From NCBI GenBank assembly GCA_030704615.1, contig CM060731.1:5952001-6016000 (forward strand): a stretch of 64,000 bases of DNA, in the 5' to 3' direction. The notes beneath the pieces were generated by a model. That model worked only from the letters and a program-made list of their open reading frames with translations. It was not told where the DNA came from and made no database searches. Source of the DNA: Takakia lepidozioides. Lineage: Eukaryota; Plantae; Bryophyta. Shown here piece after piece: positions 13,885-24,721 of this stretch. Position 1 is the stretch's first letter; every line of letters starts with the position of its first letter. The position numbers were made by a program, and so were the translations under genes.

Positions 13885-14230
13885 AGAGCCCAATTTCGGC
13901 GCCGTTATTGGATGGACTGCAGAAGCTTCAGCCGAGAATTTTGTTTCCGGAGCCCAATTTCGGCGCCGTTATTGGTTGCACTCCCCAGCCTTCAGCCGGG
14001 TATTTGGTTTCCGGACCCCAATTTCGGCGCCGTTATCGGCTGCACTCTGGTGGCTTCAGCCGAGTATTTGGTTTCCGGGGCCCAATTTCGGCGTCGTTAT
14101 TGGCTGCACTCCGGAGGCTTCAGCCGGGTATTTGGTTGGCGAGCCCAATTTCGACACCGTTATTGGCTTCACTACCGAGCCTTCAGCTGGCTATTTCTTT
14201 TTACGGCGCCGTTATACCCAACCATCCTGC
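13885..14230. repeat. Subterminal tandem repeat, 64-bp unit x ~5, each with AATTTCGGCGCCG
   Basis: CCCAATTTCG recurs at 13889, 13953, 14017, 14081, 14144. Confidence 0.9.
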
Positions 14231-14973
14231 ACTTCTGCAACAGTACTATCCACGGTTATAGGTCGCCATTGCGTTTTCGGAGTCTGCAAACCCGGATCCT
14301 AATTCCGCTTGCGTCTCTTTCTCTGGGATAATTTCGGTGCCGTTATTGCCCAGAATTCAGTTTTTCTATGACCTGGCCTGGCGGTCCATGAGCTTGGGCT
14401 CCAAGTCATGAGCGGACACTGGTACTTATGAGCGGAGTGCTTCCAGCATGAGCGCGGAAATCTTCGAAAACCTTCTCTTCTTATACTACTTTCGATTATT
14501 TTATAGTTTTGGGCCCGAAAAAAATCTGCCGAAATTCGAAGTGTGTTACTTTGCGGCTCATGGGTGAGCCATGCCCGCTCATGAGCTCATGAGCTCATGG
14601 AATAGCAACCCCCCTACCAATAACCATAAACCCACACACCCAATTGCCACTTTTGGGCTCCCTACCTGCGAACACCCATCCCTAGTCATTGCCACCCATA
14701 AACTTAGCACATACCCCCCACAACACCTACTACTCTCACTAATCGTTGTCATCTCTCCAATCCCCTCAATATGCAATGACTATTTTAGAACCCAACCAGA
14801 CATACACATACGTTTGCTACTACAACAACTACATGAGCTACCCACACTACCTCACAGATACCTAGCACCCACACTACCTACACAATCTCCACGAAACCCT
14901 TGACCTACTACAAGCCAAGCCCGGAGTAGTTCACAAGATTCTTGGCGAACACCTAGCGCACCCAGCTGCTACC

Positions 14974-17367
14974 ATGCACAAGCTAGATACTCTCACCAAC
15001 AAATTCCCATTCATTTCCAAAAATATTCTCACTGCAACCCTCCACGCCAAGACAGGCATCCTTGAATATCAACCCCCTCCCATGATACTGCCACCAGTCA
15101 TCACACCTTGCTTGCCCATCCACACCAATGACCCACCTCCAACACCCCCTAGACCCAACAGTCCCCCACACGCCCCCTCCTCCCAGCAAGCGCACGCACT
15201 CAACATACTCACCTGGAATGTAGGGTCACTTGCTACCAGCATTCAAAGCCTTATCCATCTAACGAACTCTACACCTCCGCATATCATTCTATTACAAGAA
15301 ACTAAACTCAACACACACGGCCCTAACAGCTCCTACATCAACAATCTCCTTCCAGCCTACTATTTGATATATGGCAGTTCCTTCACAGCCGCACAATGCC
15401 TACTTAGACGCTCCGCGCCATATCATCCCACTCGGGGCGGAGTGGCTTTTGGTATCCTTCGCACACATCACTCCCCTAGCACCACGGTCAAAATACCTGT
15501 TGCTCTCTCCCTCCGATCACACCTTCAAATCATCAAACTACACCTCCCCGCTATCCCTCCCATTATCCTTATCCACTTGTACATGCCCTCACATGCCGAA
15601 GATCACCTGATCCCTGATATCCTACTCACCATCTCTAACACACTCACACAACCCTCCAACCAATCCCAGCACTACATCCTAGCAGACGATTTCAACAGGG
15701 ACATTGCCCTCATGGGCCCCACATACAATAATGTTCACAAACCTCCATCCCCCGTTGACCATGAATGGGCAAAATTCACTCACTCACACCACCTCTGTTA
15801 TATACCGGCCAATCACCATTACTCCAGACAAGGTGGACTTAACTACTCATCCCTCAGTCTTCTTGATGGTTTCTACTTCAAGACACAAAATGACATCCCC
15901 TCATACCTCAACAGTCATGTACACATTAATAGTTTATGCAACTCAGACCATTATCCCGTCTCAGTCACCATCCCAGCATCCATCATCCCTTTTCGACCTA
16001 TCCCACCTATACATTTCCCACCGCCGCAATCTAGAATCTTATCCCCACTTCCCCACAATAATATAATCGCCTTTCTAAAACACTTCCAGCCAACATCCTT
16101 ACACCTCATGCTAAGACTCTCCGGTGTACTCTCCGAAGCAAACCTTGCGCAGTCCCCTGACAAAGCATGGAACGACGCCAAGACCACACTCACAACTTCA
16201 ATGCAAGAAATGACCAAAAGTGTGATTGCCACCTGCTCTCCCCCCCCTGAAATCCCACAAACTGCACGCTCAAAACAAAATGGTGGCTACCTTACCCGTA
16301 CTCAAAAACGTATATGGACATCACATCTTAACACATACCACACGATCAGGCGTGCCCTCGCTATTATACCCACCACTACCCCCATTCACCAGGGGAACAA
16401 CTGGACATCGGATCCACGTATCACCTGCCTAAATACCTTAACAACGTGTCAAGCACTAATGCCACCACCTGCCAATCCCCAAGATACTCCAAAATGGACA
16501 TCTGCTCTCTCCAAAGTTGGCAGAGATGCCAAAAAAGCCGCTTACAATATTACCAAACAAAAAGTCGTCGACAATCACAAAAAATTCGTCTCCTCTTTTA
16601 ATCAACTGCTACGCGACCACCCCAAAAAAGCTCACAAAGCCATCTTTAACCCTGCCCTCAACCCACCCATTGACTGTCTCAAACACAGACACGGCCACTT
16701 GCTAACCAATCCAGCGGACATCAACCAAGAAATATGGTCACAAGCATCCTCAACATACACACCTGCATTTCCAAACTGCTTACATCCCCGTCTCCACTCT
16801 GCCAATTGCATGTGTAAAGCTAAACACTATCCGTGGCATGATATAGATGGCTTCTCGATTGGCAATAGAGGATCCGCCACGGATCGCATCATAGACCTAT
16901 TCACAATTGATCTTTACGAATCATGTCTAAAAAAACTATCGAAATCTAAAGCCCCAGGCCCCGATCTTATACCCAATGCTATACTTCAAGGATTAAACCC
17001 TCAACTTCACTACCTTCTTTTTAAATTCTTTCAACTCTGTTACAAACTAAAACAAATCCCACATTCCTGGAAACACAGCCGGACCATTCTACTCTTCAAA
17101 AAAGGCGATCCTACATATCTCAGTAATTACAGACCCATAGCACTGGCCAACACCATATACAAGCTATTCACAAGTACGCTCACCACAATGCTATCAAGAT
17201 ATGGCGAGCAACACCAAATACTCAGTGATCCCCAAGAAGGATTCCGAGCTACACGTAGTACAACACGACAAATACAATATGTTCTCTCCGCACTTGAAGA
17301 TGCTAAATTTACAAAGCAAGACATCTATCTTCTATATTCGATTTTAAAAATGCCTTCGGCTCCCTAG
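14974..17367 (+). pseudogene. LINE APE endonuclease and RT N-terminal part
   Basis: APE motifs plus KAPGPD, LLFKKGDP, NYRPIAL. Frameshift near 17340. Confidence 0.9.
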
Positions 17368-17390
17368 ACCATGCCAGATTACTTGCTATC

Positions 17391-18911
17391 ATGCTTGATC
17401 TTGGGTACCCCACCGATGCCGTCCAACTAATAGGAAACATCTACACAAACAACACTATTGAATACTTTGGCGCATACTATGGCTCCACCCCGCCTATCCC
17501 CATCCTTCGTGGAACTATCCAAGGTGACACCTTAAGCCCCTACCTATTCATTATCTTCCTAGAACCCCTACTTCGATGGCTAGCTCGAGGCAAGCTTGGC
17601 TATCACTACAAAACCTCCTCAAGTGACATCTCAGTTGCAGCATATGCAGACAACCTAGCCATCCTGGCACATAAACCACAACACCTCAACCGACAAGTTA
17701 ATAAACTACTCAGATTCAACCTATGGTCAGGCATGGAACTCAGCTTACACAAGTGCGCCATCACAGCCGCTACACATCATAGTCGGCTCACCAAAACTGC
17801 CATAGCCTCACATTGTAAACTCTATGTACACTACCAAAACACACCCTTCCCCTTCCTAGGACCAGACGAGCCATACACTTACTTAGGCATACAACTCGTT
17901 CCCTCCCTTACTTGGCATATCCAAAAAGAATCTACATCATCCAAACTCACTACCAAAAGTATTGCCCTGCTCAAATCCCCAATTGCCATTCGACCAAAAT
18001 TATCAATTATTCAATCAGTATTACAAACACAAATTCAATACTCGTTCCACGCCGCACCCTTCTCCTTATCAGACATCAAAAAACTTGATAAGAGTATTAT
18101 CCAGCTAACAAAACGTGTATGTGGTCTACCAACTAGCACCCCCAATGCCCTCACACAACTACCTACGGACCACTACGGCATTGGTTCGAGCCCATTAATC
18201 ATCTCATATGCTCGCACATTAGGCACCCAATTAAAAGAAGCACTCAACGATCCTGGGCGTCTAGGTATCATTTATCAGGGACTTCTCAAATACCTTGCAT
18301 CTAAATACAATGGCTTATACTCATTATCATCCATGCACCCACAAGCCTGCCTACACTCCCCCACTGCACGCACACTACTCATCCTGCGCCAAATGAAAAT
18401 TAGCATACAAACTGATCTGCCTGACTATCCTAACACCTCGTCACCCTTAGAACGCGCATGGCTTACAAGCCCTTCTCTACCACAATTTGACATTTCTTAT
18501 CCCAAACAAAAGATCCCCATCCTCACATATTTCAAAGAACAACACATCACCACCCTCACCCAACTTACTACCGCCACTAGCCATAGACTTTTAAAACCTA
18601 GCGAATTCACTCTTAAATTCTCCCGAGCCACCACCAAAACCAATCGCTACCTACATCATCTTCGTACCCTCTTCTGCCATCCCTCGATCGCCTGCACTCT
18701 ACAATGTTACCTCCCATGCCTCTACTACCCACATACGGCTCAAGACCTGCTCCCCCAGTACCGTTCTACCCCTACTACCTCCATCTACCAAACACTCAAA
18801 ACGACATATGCCACCAATACCCAAACAGACATAGAATCTGATTTTCCCTCTCAAGTAACTAACACACAACACACTGAACTTGCATACGCCATCCAATCCC
18901 TCACCTACTAG
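17391..18911 (+). pseudogene. LINE RT C-terminal part (YADD mutated to YADN)
   Basis: RGTIQGDTLSPYLF, AAYADNL, YTYLGI. Confidence 0.9.
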
Positions 18912-21878
18912 GCAAGGATCCCAGACCCCCCTAACCACCGCACCATCCCCCCCATCCTCACCACAATACGACGACAATAACAATGCTTACATCAATTAAG
19001 CTATACTAGGAGTTAAAACCCAAACGTCCATTGATGCCTTTGGAGCCACCTACATTGATACATACCATCACTGTCAATGGGCTGGGTACTCTTCCGCAGA
19101 CAACACATGGCAGATAGAAGACGACCTCTTCGGCCTACATGACGATTGTGACCCCGAACACAATCTTGCCCTCCTCACCACCTTCCATAAACAAACCAAC
19201 ACCAACTATCTAACACACATGCACCAACAACACACCACTCCCGCCCAACCTACAGATAACAGATATATACACCAACCACTCTATGCCCCCAACGTGCACA
19301 TCTGCATAACTGAATGTAATCCTGACAAAGATGTCAAGCATGATCGACCTCTAATCCACATGGCCCCCCGCCTTTCCAACATTTACGCTCAACATGGCCG
19401 CTTCATTGGCCTCATCCCCAATACAAGACTAACGTGGCTATGGGAAAAATACTCTACTACTACCTCATCCCTACAATCGCTACAAACCCTGAAACAAGAC
19501 TTTGCTACCGAATTATATTGGCTGGTTGATCGCTACCTCAAAGACACTCCCCCCAAGAAACCGCGGTCCCTTACTAAATTGGAAACAACATGTGCGCACC
19601 ATACTATACCCCAAGATATTCTCTCCTTACTTATCAATTCATTCCAGCTTACTCACTCATATTACTCCAACCCTGACATGCCCCTACTCTAGCCCGCATG
19701 CCCTATGGCATTGCCCACATTCTCTAGCCCGCACCACAGAGACTGTATCTTTGGAGCCACTGGTACTACCACTCAGCACACCTGGGAAGGTCGGGGCCTT
19801 GCCCACCCTCCACCTGGTTCTCCTTCCACGAAGTCTTCAATGGGAAAAACTTGTGCGCACACTCCTCTCCTACTGCATCCACAATCCTCATCCTCACACA
19901 ACAAAACACTCCTAATATCTCTCACACCTCTTCTACAACTCCCAGAAGGGGTCAATCTACTCGCCACAATTGACCCAAACCAGCTTAAGTATATTCATAC
20001 CCCTCCTTTTCCCAAATATCTCAAACGGAAGGAACCCACCCTAACCCTGATTCTACACATCCAAAACCCTCGGCATACAGCCATACCGCCATCTTTCTTT
20101 TCTCAGCTCGAACAATGCTCACCATCACTCATAAAATAAAGGCCACCATCCATTATCCAACCATCCTCTCCCACACCATACACCCACCACATTGTCCCGG
20201 ATCAAAACCAATAAAGCTTGGAACATTGCGACACCACGCCCTTCCCAGGTCGTGCCAACAACACCTCTACCCCCAATCCCTGCAATATATCACCAAAACA
20301 CTATCCCCAAATACCCACTGGCCAATTCACATTACACTGACGGATCCCTCACCAAACCCAACGCGGGATATGGAATCTATCACGCCGGCACCAGTCAAGG
20401 CGTTGCCCTCAGGCTCCCTGGCCCTGCCACCATCCTCCGGGCTGAACTCATGGCCATTCATGACGCCCTCTCTCTACTTGATACCCCCCCACACACTACA
20501 TCTTCACTGACAGCCTTACCTCACTATTCCTCATTCGCAACCACATCTCCCACCCCTTTGCCCATCATCATCACCCCGACTGCAACCTCATTGCCGCTAT
20601 TGTCCAGAGGGCCATCTCCCTAGGCCACCCAGTCCATATACTCAAAGTCCGTTCGCATACTGGCATCCATGGTAATGAAGAAGCAAACCTACTCGCCCAA
20701 CTCGGCGCCTCCCAACCCATAGTTGAACCCTCGAACGACCCTATTCACATTGCCCACACCCATCCCTTCTGGTTCATACACCCCGTTCCGGACCCCCCTG
20801 CACCCAGACCAATCCGAAACCTCCTGACCACTCTGACCAGAGAAGCAAATAAACAAGCGGCAGCCTCCATCGGCCATACCAAAGTACACATCCAAAAATG
20901 GACTCAATCCAATGTACTGCACCATAAACTCTCCAATCATTTCTGGCTAACCAAAGCCACCACCGACGCACAAATCAGACAAACACTCAAATTCTGATAT
21001 GCCCAATACATGGGCCATTAGCGCAAACACATCTTCTGGCCACATCTGTTCCCATCCCCATACTGCCCGTTATGTGCAACCACCCACCAAGCTCGTGACA
21101 TTTGGCCACATCTCCTCAGCCAATGTACACACCCAGTTATACATGGCTTGCATATCACGCGTCATAACCAAGCAGTCTGGCACCTCCACAAGCTCTTTGT
21201 AAAACGTTCTGAAACTCGTTGGTTCTCGCTCATGAATGCAGGCACCTACCAGGGACGGCCACCCGACCACACAGTACCACCATGGCTACTACCATGCATA
21301 TGTACCCGATCACCATGATCATGCCCCGCTCGACTTTGCCCGGACATACTCCTCGTCAATACTTTACCCCCCACCTCACCATCCCCACAACTCACCATCC
21401 ATTTCATTGAATTCACATTTTGCCATGATCGTTATCCAAACGATTCAATCTTAGAAAAACGTCAAAAATATGCCCCGCTTATCCTTGCACTCCGAAGGCG
21501 TGGCTGGAAAACCGGCCCGTTAACTGTCATCACAGCCGCCACTTGAGGTGACATTCATAACGCCAGTATCACGGACATACACGACAACTTCCAAATTCCC
21601 ATTCTTCCCATCCACAAATGTTTCAAAGAAATCCATCTCACGGCACTCCGTTCACTCACAGCTATTATCACCAACAAACGCCAACTGGAATCCGACACTT
21701 CAAACACACCTTAGGCCCCCCAGGATACCCGTGGGTACCCAGGGGTACCCTCGCCCCCTCTATTCTTAGCGGTCACCTGGTGTCCCCCTAGACACTTTTT
21801 TGTTATAGGGCCCACCCCCAAAAGGGGGCAATAGCCGCAAGGCGAAGTGGCTCTTACTTACGCCGGCCTCGGCCGGAG

Positions 21879-21917
<39 letters not shown>

Positions 21918-22086
21918 GCTTGCTGGGTTTTGGTGTTGCCATGGCTAATTTCCATGGGCATTGCCTCATTGGTCTGTGGTTGGTTTCCTCATTCTGGCTT
22001 GTGATTCTCCCCTTCTCTCTGCACTGGGAATCAGCCGTCGAGTTGATGAGTCCTCCCTGCTGTTGTACTCCTGTCCTGCTGTTGTC

Positions 22087-24291
22087 TCACTCCCTTCTTC
22101 CTCTTGTATATACCCGTTGCATAATCCCCAACGTCGCTTGCTCTTCGGGCGTTAGGTGTACAATATGTCGAATCATTTGGAGTAACAAGGGAGTCGTCAT
22201 AGTAACAGTTGCTTCCTTCTTCTTCTTTGTCAACCGGGTCAGTTCTTGGGTTAACTTCTTCAATAAGAAGCATGCCCAATTCACGATTTGCCCATTGAGG
22301 CAAATCAACACTTGATCGATTAGCTCCTTGGTACAGTAGCTGTGGTTTTGCCTGAGGCAAAGCAACGTGCTAAGTACCGGGGCTATCTTCCTAAAGCCGG
22401 GGCTTTTGCTATGGCTGCATGTGTAGCCCTGATCTGCTTGGTTGAGATTCTCAAACAAATCTGCAAGTACAAACCTTGGAGGTTTGCCGCTGTGCGCTGG
22501 TACATCCAGACTGGGAAGGTGAAACACTTCCGCCAAGTACTTCTCCGTCAGCAGGATGTGTGTGTCATGGACATTTGTGCTCCGAGTGTTGGTGTTATAA
22601 TTCTCCAAGAACTCCCTGCACAGCTCGTCGTGTTTCAGGTTCCAGTCCAGCGTGGTGATGAAATATCGCAGGCCAAGACTGTCCAACGTCTCCTGTGTCT
22701 CTCTGTCCTGCTCAATCTTCCGCAACGCCGGGCTGATTTTGAAATTCACTTGCACATAAGAACTTGGTGCCTTCCGCTTGGTGCCTGCCATTTCTTTTAG
22801 TCTTGCGGTTGCTGTAAGGAATTGGAGCACCAATTCCTGTATCACAAGGAGTATGAAGCACACTGGAAGTTGTGTATACAACAATTTCCAGTTTGCGGAA
22901 GAGAAGGTGAGGAGTTCGCTTATGGGTTTAAGTAGGGGTTCTCCTCTAACTTCTCTCGAGGTTGTCGTGGAGGTAATTTTGTCCTGCTGGTTGTCTGAGT
23001 TTAAAGCGTAGTTAGCTTTAATTGCTGGGCCCAGGCTCACCAAGAAGCATTTAGCTTCTGGTAACGTTTTTGAGAAAACTTCATCCTTTTTGTGTCTGAT
23101 TTTCCTCCGTTGGTTTTTTCTTCGTGATTGGTTTTGGATTAAACTGATGGTCGTTGATGATTGTCCAGTTTTGGTCAGTTTCTGTTCATCCCTCTGGAAT
23201 GTGTTCATCCACTTTGGTACGTGGTCTATCTTTAAATGGGCGGCTTGGGTGCAGTACTTGCAGCTTGGTTTAATGGTTTTGCCTTTATCATCCGCCGTCT
23301 TTTGGCAATCCGTTGGATTGCGCCGTCGTTCTGCCTCCGTGTTATGATCGAAGGGTAGTGGTGTATGATTACCACGGTCGGTGGGGTGATCTGGAGCGTA
23401 CAACTCGGAGTTTAACACAAGCAGTGACTCGTTGGCCATTTCGTATTCGTTCACGGTTCTATAAGGCATCTGTGTTGGCCATGGTTCACCATACGGTATA
23501 CGGGGCGGTAATGTTGTCCTCCAGATGAATGGTGATCTAGCTGTCGTGGTGCCCTGAATTCGTGTTGCCACCTGTCTTAGTACATGCTGATTCACCGTGT
23601 CGTTATGAATGTAGTATGCACTAGTAGTTTCACGCTCCTCATCTTCAGTTTGATCTTCCTCGTTGGCGTATAAGTCATGTATAAGAGCTTTGTCATGTAT
23701 TCCTTGGTAGCCCTTTAACTTGTTAATATTAATTCGTCCCATGAATTCTTGTTCCAAGGTCTGCAAATCAACAGGTCCATTGTCATGTACCTTTTTGATT
23801 TGAAATGGTCCCATCCATGGCATTTTCAATTTTCCGCCCAGCTTGATCTTCTTGATTTTTGGTAACCACAAAACAATGTCCCCGTCTTGGAAAGATTTCT
23901 CTTTTCCTTCGGATATTCTTTTCCTTCGTTGTTCCTGAATCCATGCCATGTTATCTGCGGCATCTGTTCGAACTTCTTCCAAATGGAATAACTCATATTC
24001 CCTGACTCGTAAGGATTCTTCTAAACCCCATCGTTCATGAGTTCCGGTTCGTAGTGTGGGTATCATACATTCAATGGGTAATAGTGCCTCTGCTCCATAC
24101 ACTAGTTGAAATGGTGTATGCTTCGTGGTCACCTTGTATGATGTCCTAAATGCCCATAGTGATGTGTTCAATTTGGTGTCCCAATCTGTACGATTGGCAT
24201 TTACTATCTTGGTTAAGATAGTGCATAATATTTTGTTGGTAGATTCGGTCTGACCGTTTCCTTGAGGATAGTAAGCAGTACTCTTGTGATG
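22087..24291 (-). CDS. Host Gypsy integrase C-terminus in frame with a 3' accessory domain
   Basis: STAYYPQGNGQTE, TPFQLVYG, WMGPF; then MAGTKRK...LGLRYF...CREFLENY...LAEVFHLP, resembling accessory ORFs of plant non-chromovirus Gypsy elements. Confidence 0.75.
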   Translation of the reverse strand, partial: HHKSTAYYPQGNGQTESTNKILCTILTKIVNANRTDWDTKLNTSLWAFRTSYKVTTKHTPFQLVYGAEALLPIECMIPTLRTGTHERWGLEESLRVREYELFHLEEVRTDAADNMAWIQEQRRKRISEGKEKSFQDGDIVLWLPKIKKIKLGGKLKMPWMGPFQIKKVHDNGPVDLQTLEQEFMGRININKLKGYQGIHDKALIHDLYANEEDQTEDEERETTSAYYIHNDTVNQHVLRQVATRIQGTTTARSPFIWRTTLPPRIPYGEPWPTQMPYRTVNEYEMANESLLVLNSELYAPDHPTDRGNHTPLPFDHNTEAERRRNPTDCQKTADDKGKTIKPSCKYCTQAAHLKIDHVPKWMNTFQRDEQKLTKTGQSSTTISLIQNQSRRKNQRRKIRHKKDEVFSKTLPEAKCFLVSLGPAIKANYALNSDNQQDKITSTTTSREVRGEPLLKPISELLTFSSANWKLLYTQLPVCFILLVIQELVLQFLTATARLKEMAGTKRKAPSSYVQVNFKISPALRKIEQDRETQETLDSLGLRYFITTLDWNLKHDELCREFLENYNTNTRSTNVHDTHILLTEKYLAEVFHLPSLDVPAHSGKPPRFVLADLFENLNQADQGYTCSHSKSPGFRKIAPVLSTLLCLRQNHSYCTKELIDQVLICLNGQIVNWACFLLKKLTQELTRLTKKKKEATVTMTTPLLLQMIRHIVHLTPEEQATLGIMQRVYTRGRRE

Positions 24292-24721
24292 GGGGGCTGC
24301 TATTTCATGAGCGGCACGAGCATGAGCGGACCATTGTGTGTCCACGGAAATAGGGTTAGGAGGCACGGAAATAGGGTCATGTGAAGTTGGAATGTGGCAC
24401 CAGTGGACTCGTCATAGCAATGAAATGCAACATTTTATTGCAAATTTTGTGGCAAGCCACATCTATACAAGTGTGTCCTAACTGTCATAGCCGGAATGGG
24501 CACTACTCTCTTACACCCTCCAAGGAACTTGCCCCACCTTCCTCCTCATCCCCCTCATCCCCCCATCCTCCGAGCTCTGTGATGCATCAGTTCCACTATG
24601 CCTCTCAAAAATTCCGTCCTCTCCTTGGGGGACTGTCCACCTCACCTCCTGGGAATCTTCTGCCTCTTCTCCCCCACTTTCCTCAGCAGAATCCAAGACA
24701 AATCTACGAGCCTGACGGGCT

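Larger units (their letters stand above)
1491..14613 (+). mobile_element. Mutator-like (MULE) DNA transposon copy 1 with MTase, ParB-like, transposase and orphan genes; left end not in window
   Basis: Right terminus GCTCATGGAATAGCAACCCCC ending 14613 matches the TIRs at 24292, 41689 and 46875. Contains a GCM-DDE-SWIM transposase and genes homologous to those in copies 2 and 3. Confidence 0.8.
14614..21914 (+). mobile_element. Dualen/RandI-like non-LTR retrotransposon (APE + RT + RNase H + CCHC + restriction-like endonuclease), degenerate, with (CT)n tail
   Basis: APE: LTWNVGSL, ILLQET, ADDFN, SDHYPV. RT: YRPIAL, QEGFR, GTIQGDTLSP, YADN. RNase H: YTDGS, RAEL, IFTDS, KVRSHTGIHGNE (20330-20700). 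CPLC..H..C, RHN, PDILL...IEFTFC...K..KY (21064-21510). (CT)n at 21882-21914. Confidence 0.8.

Noticed and set aside
13631-14331. Overlapping ORFs of 138-223 aa
   Set aside because: They translate the 64-bp subterminal repeat.
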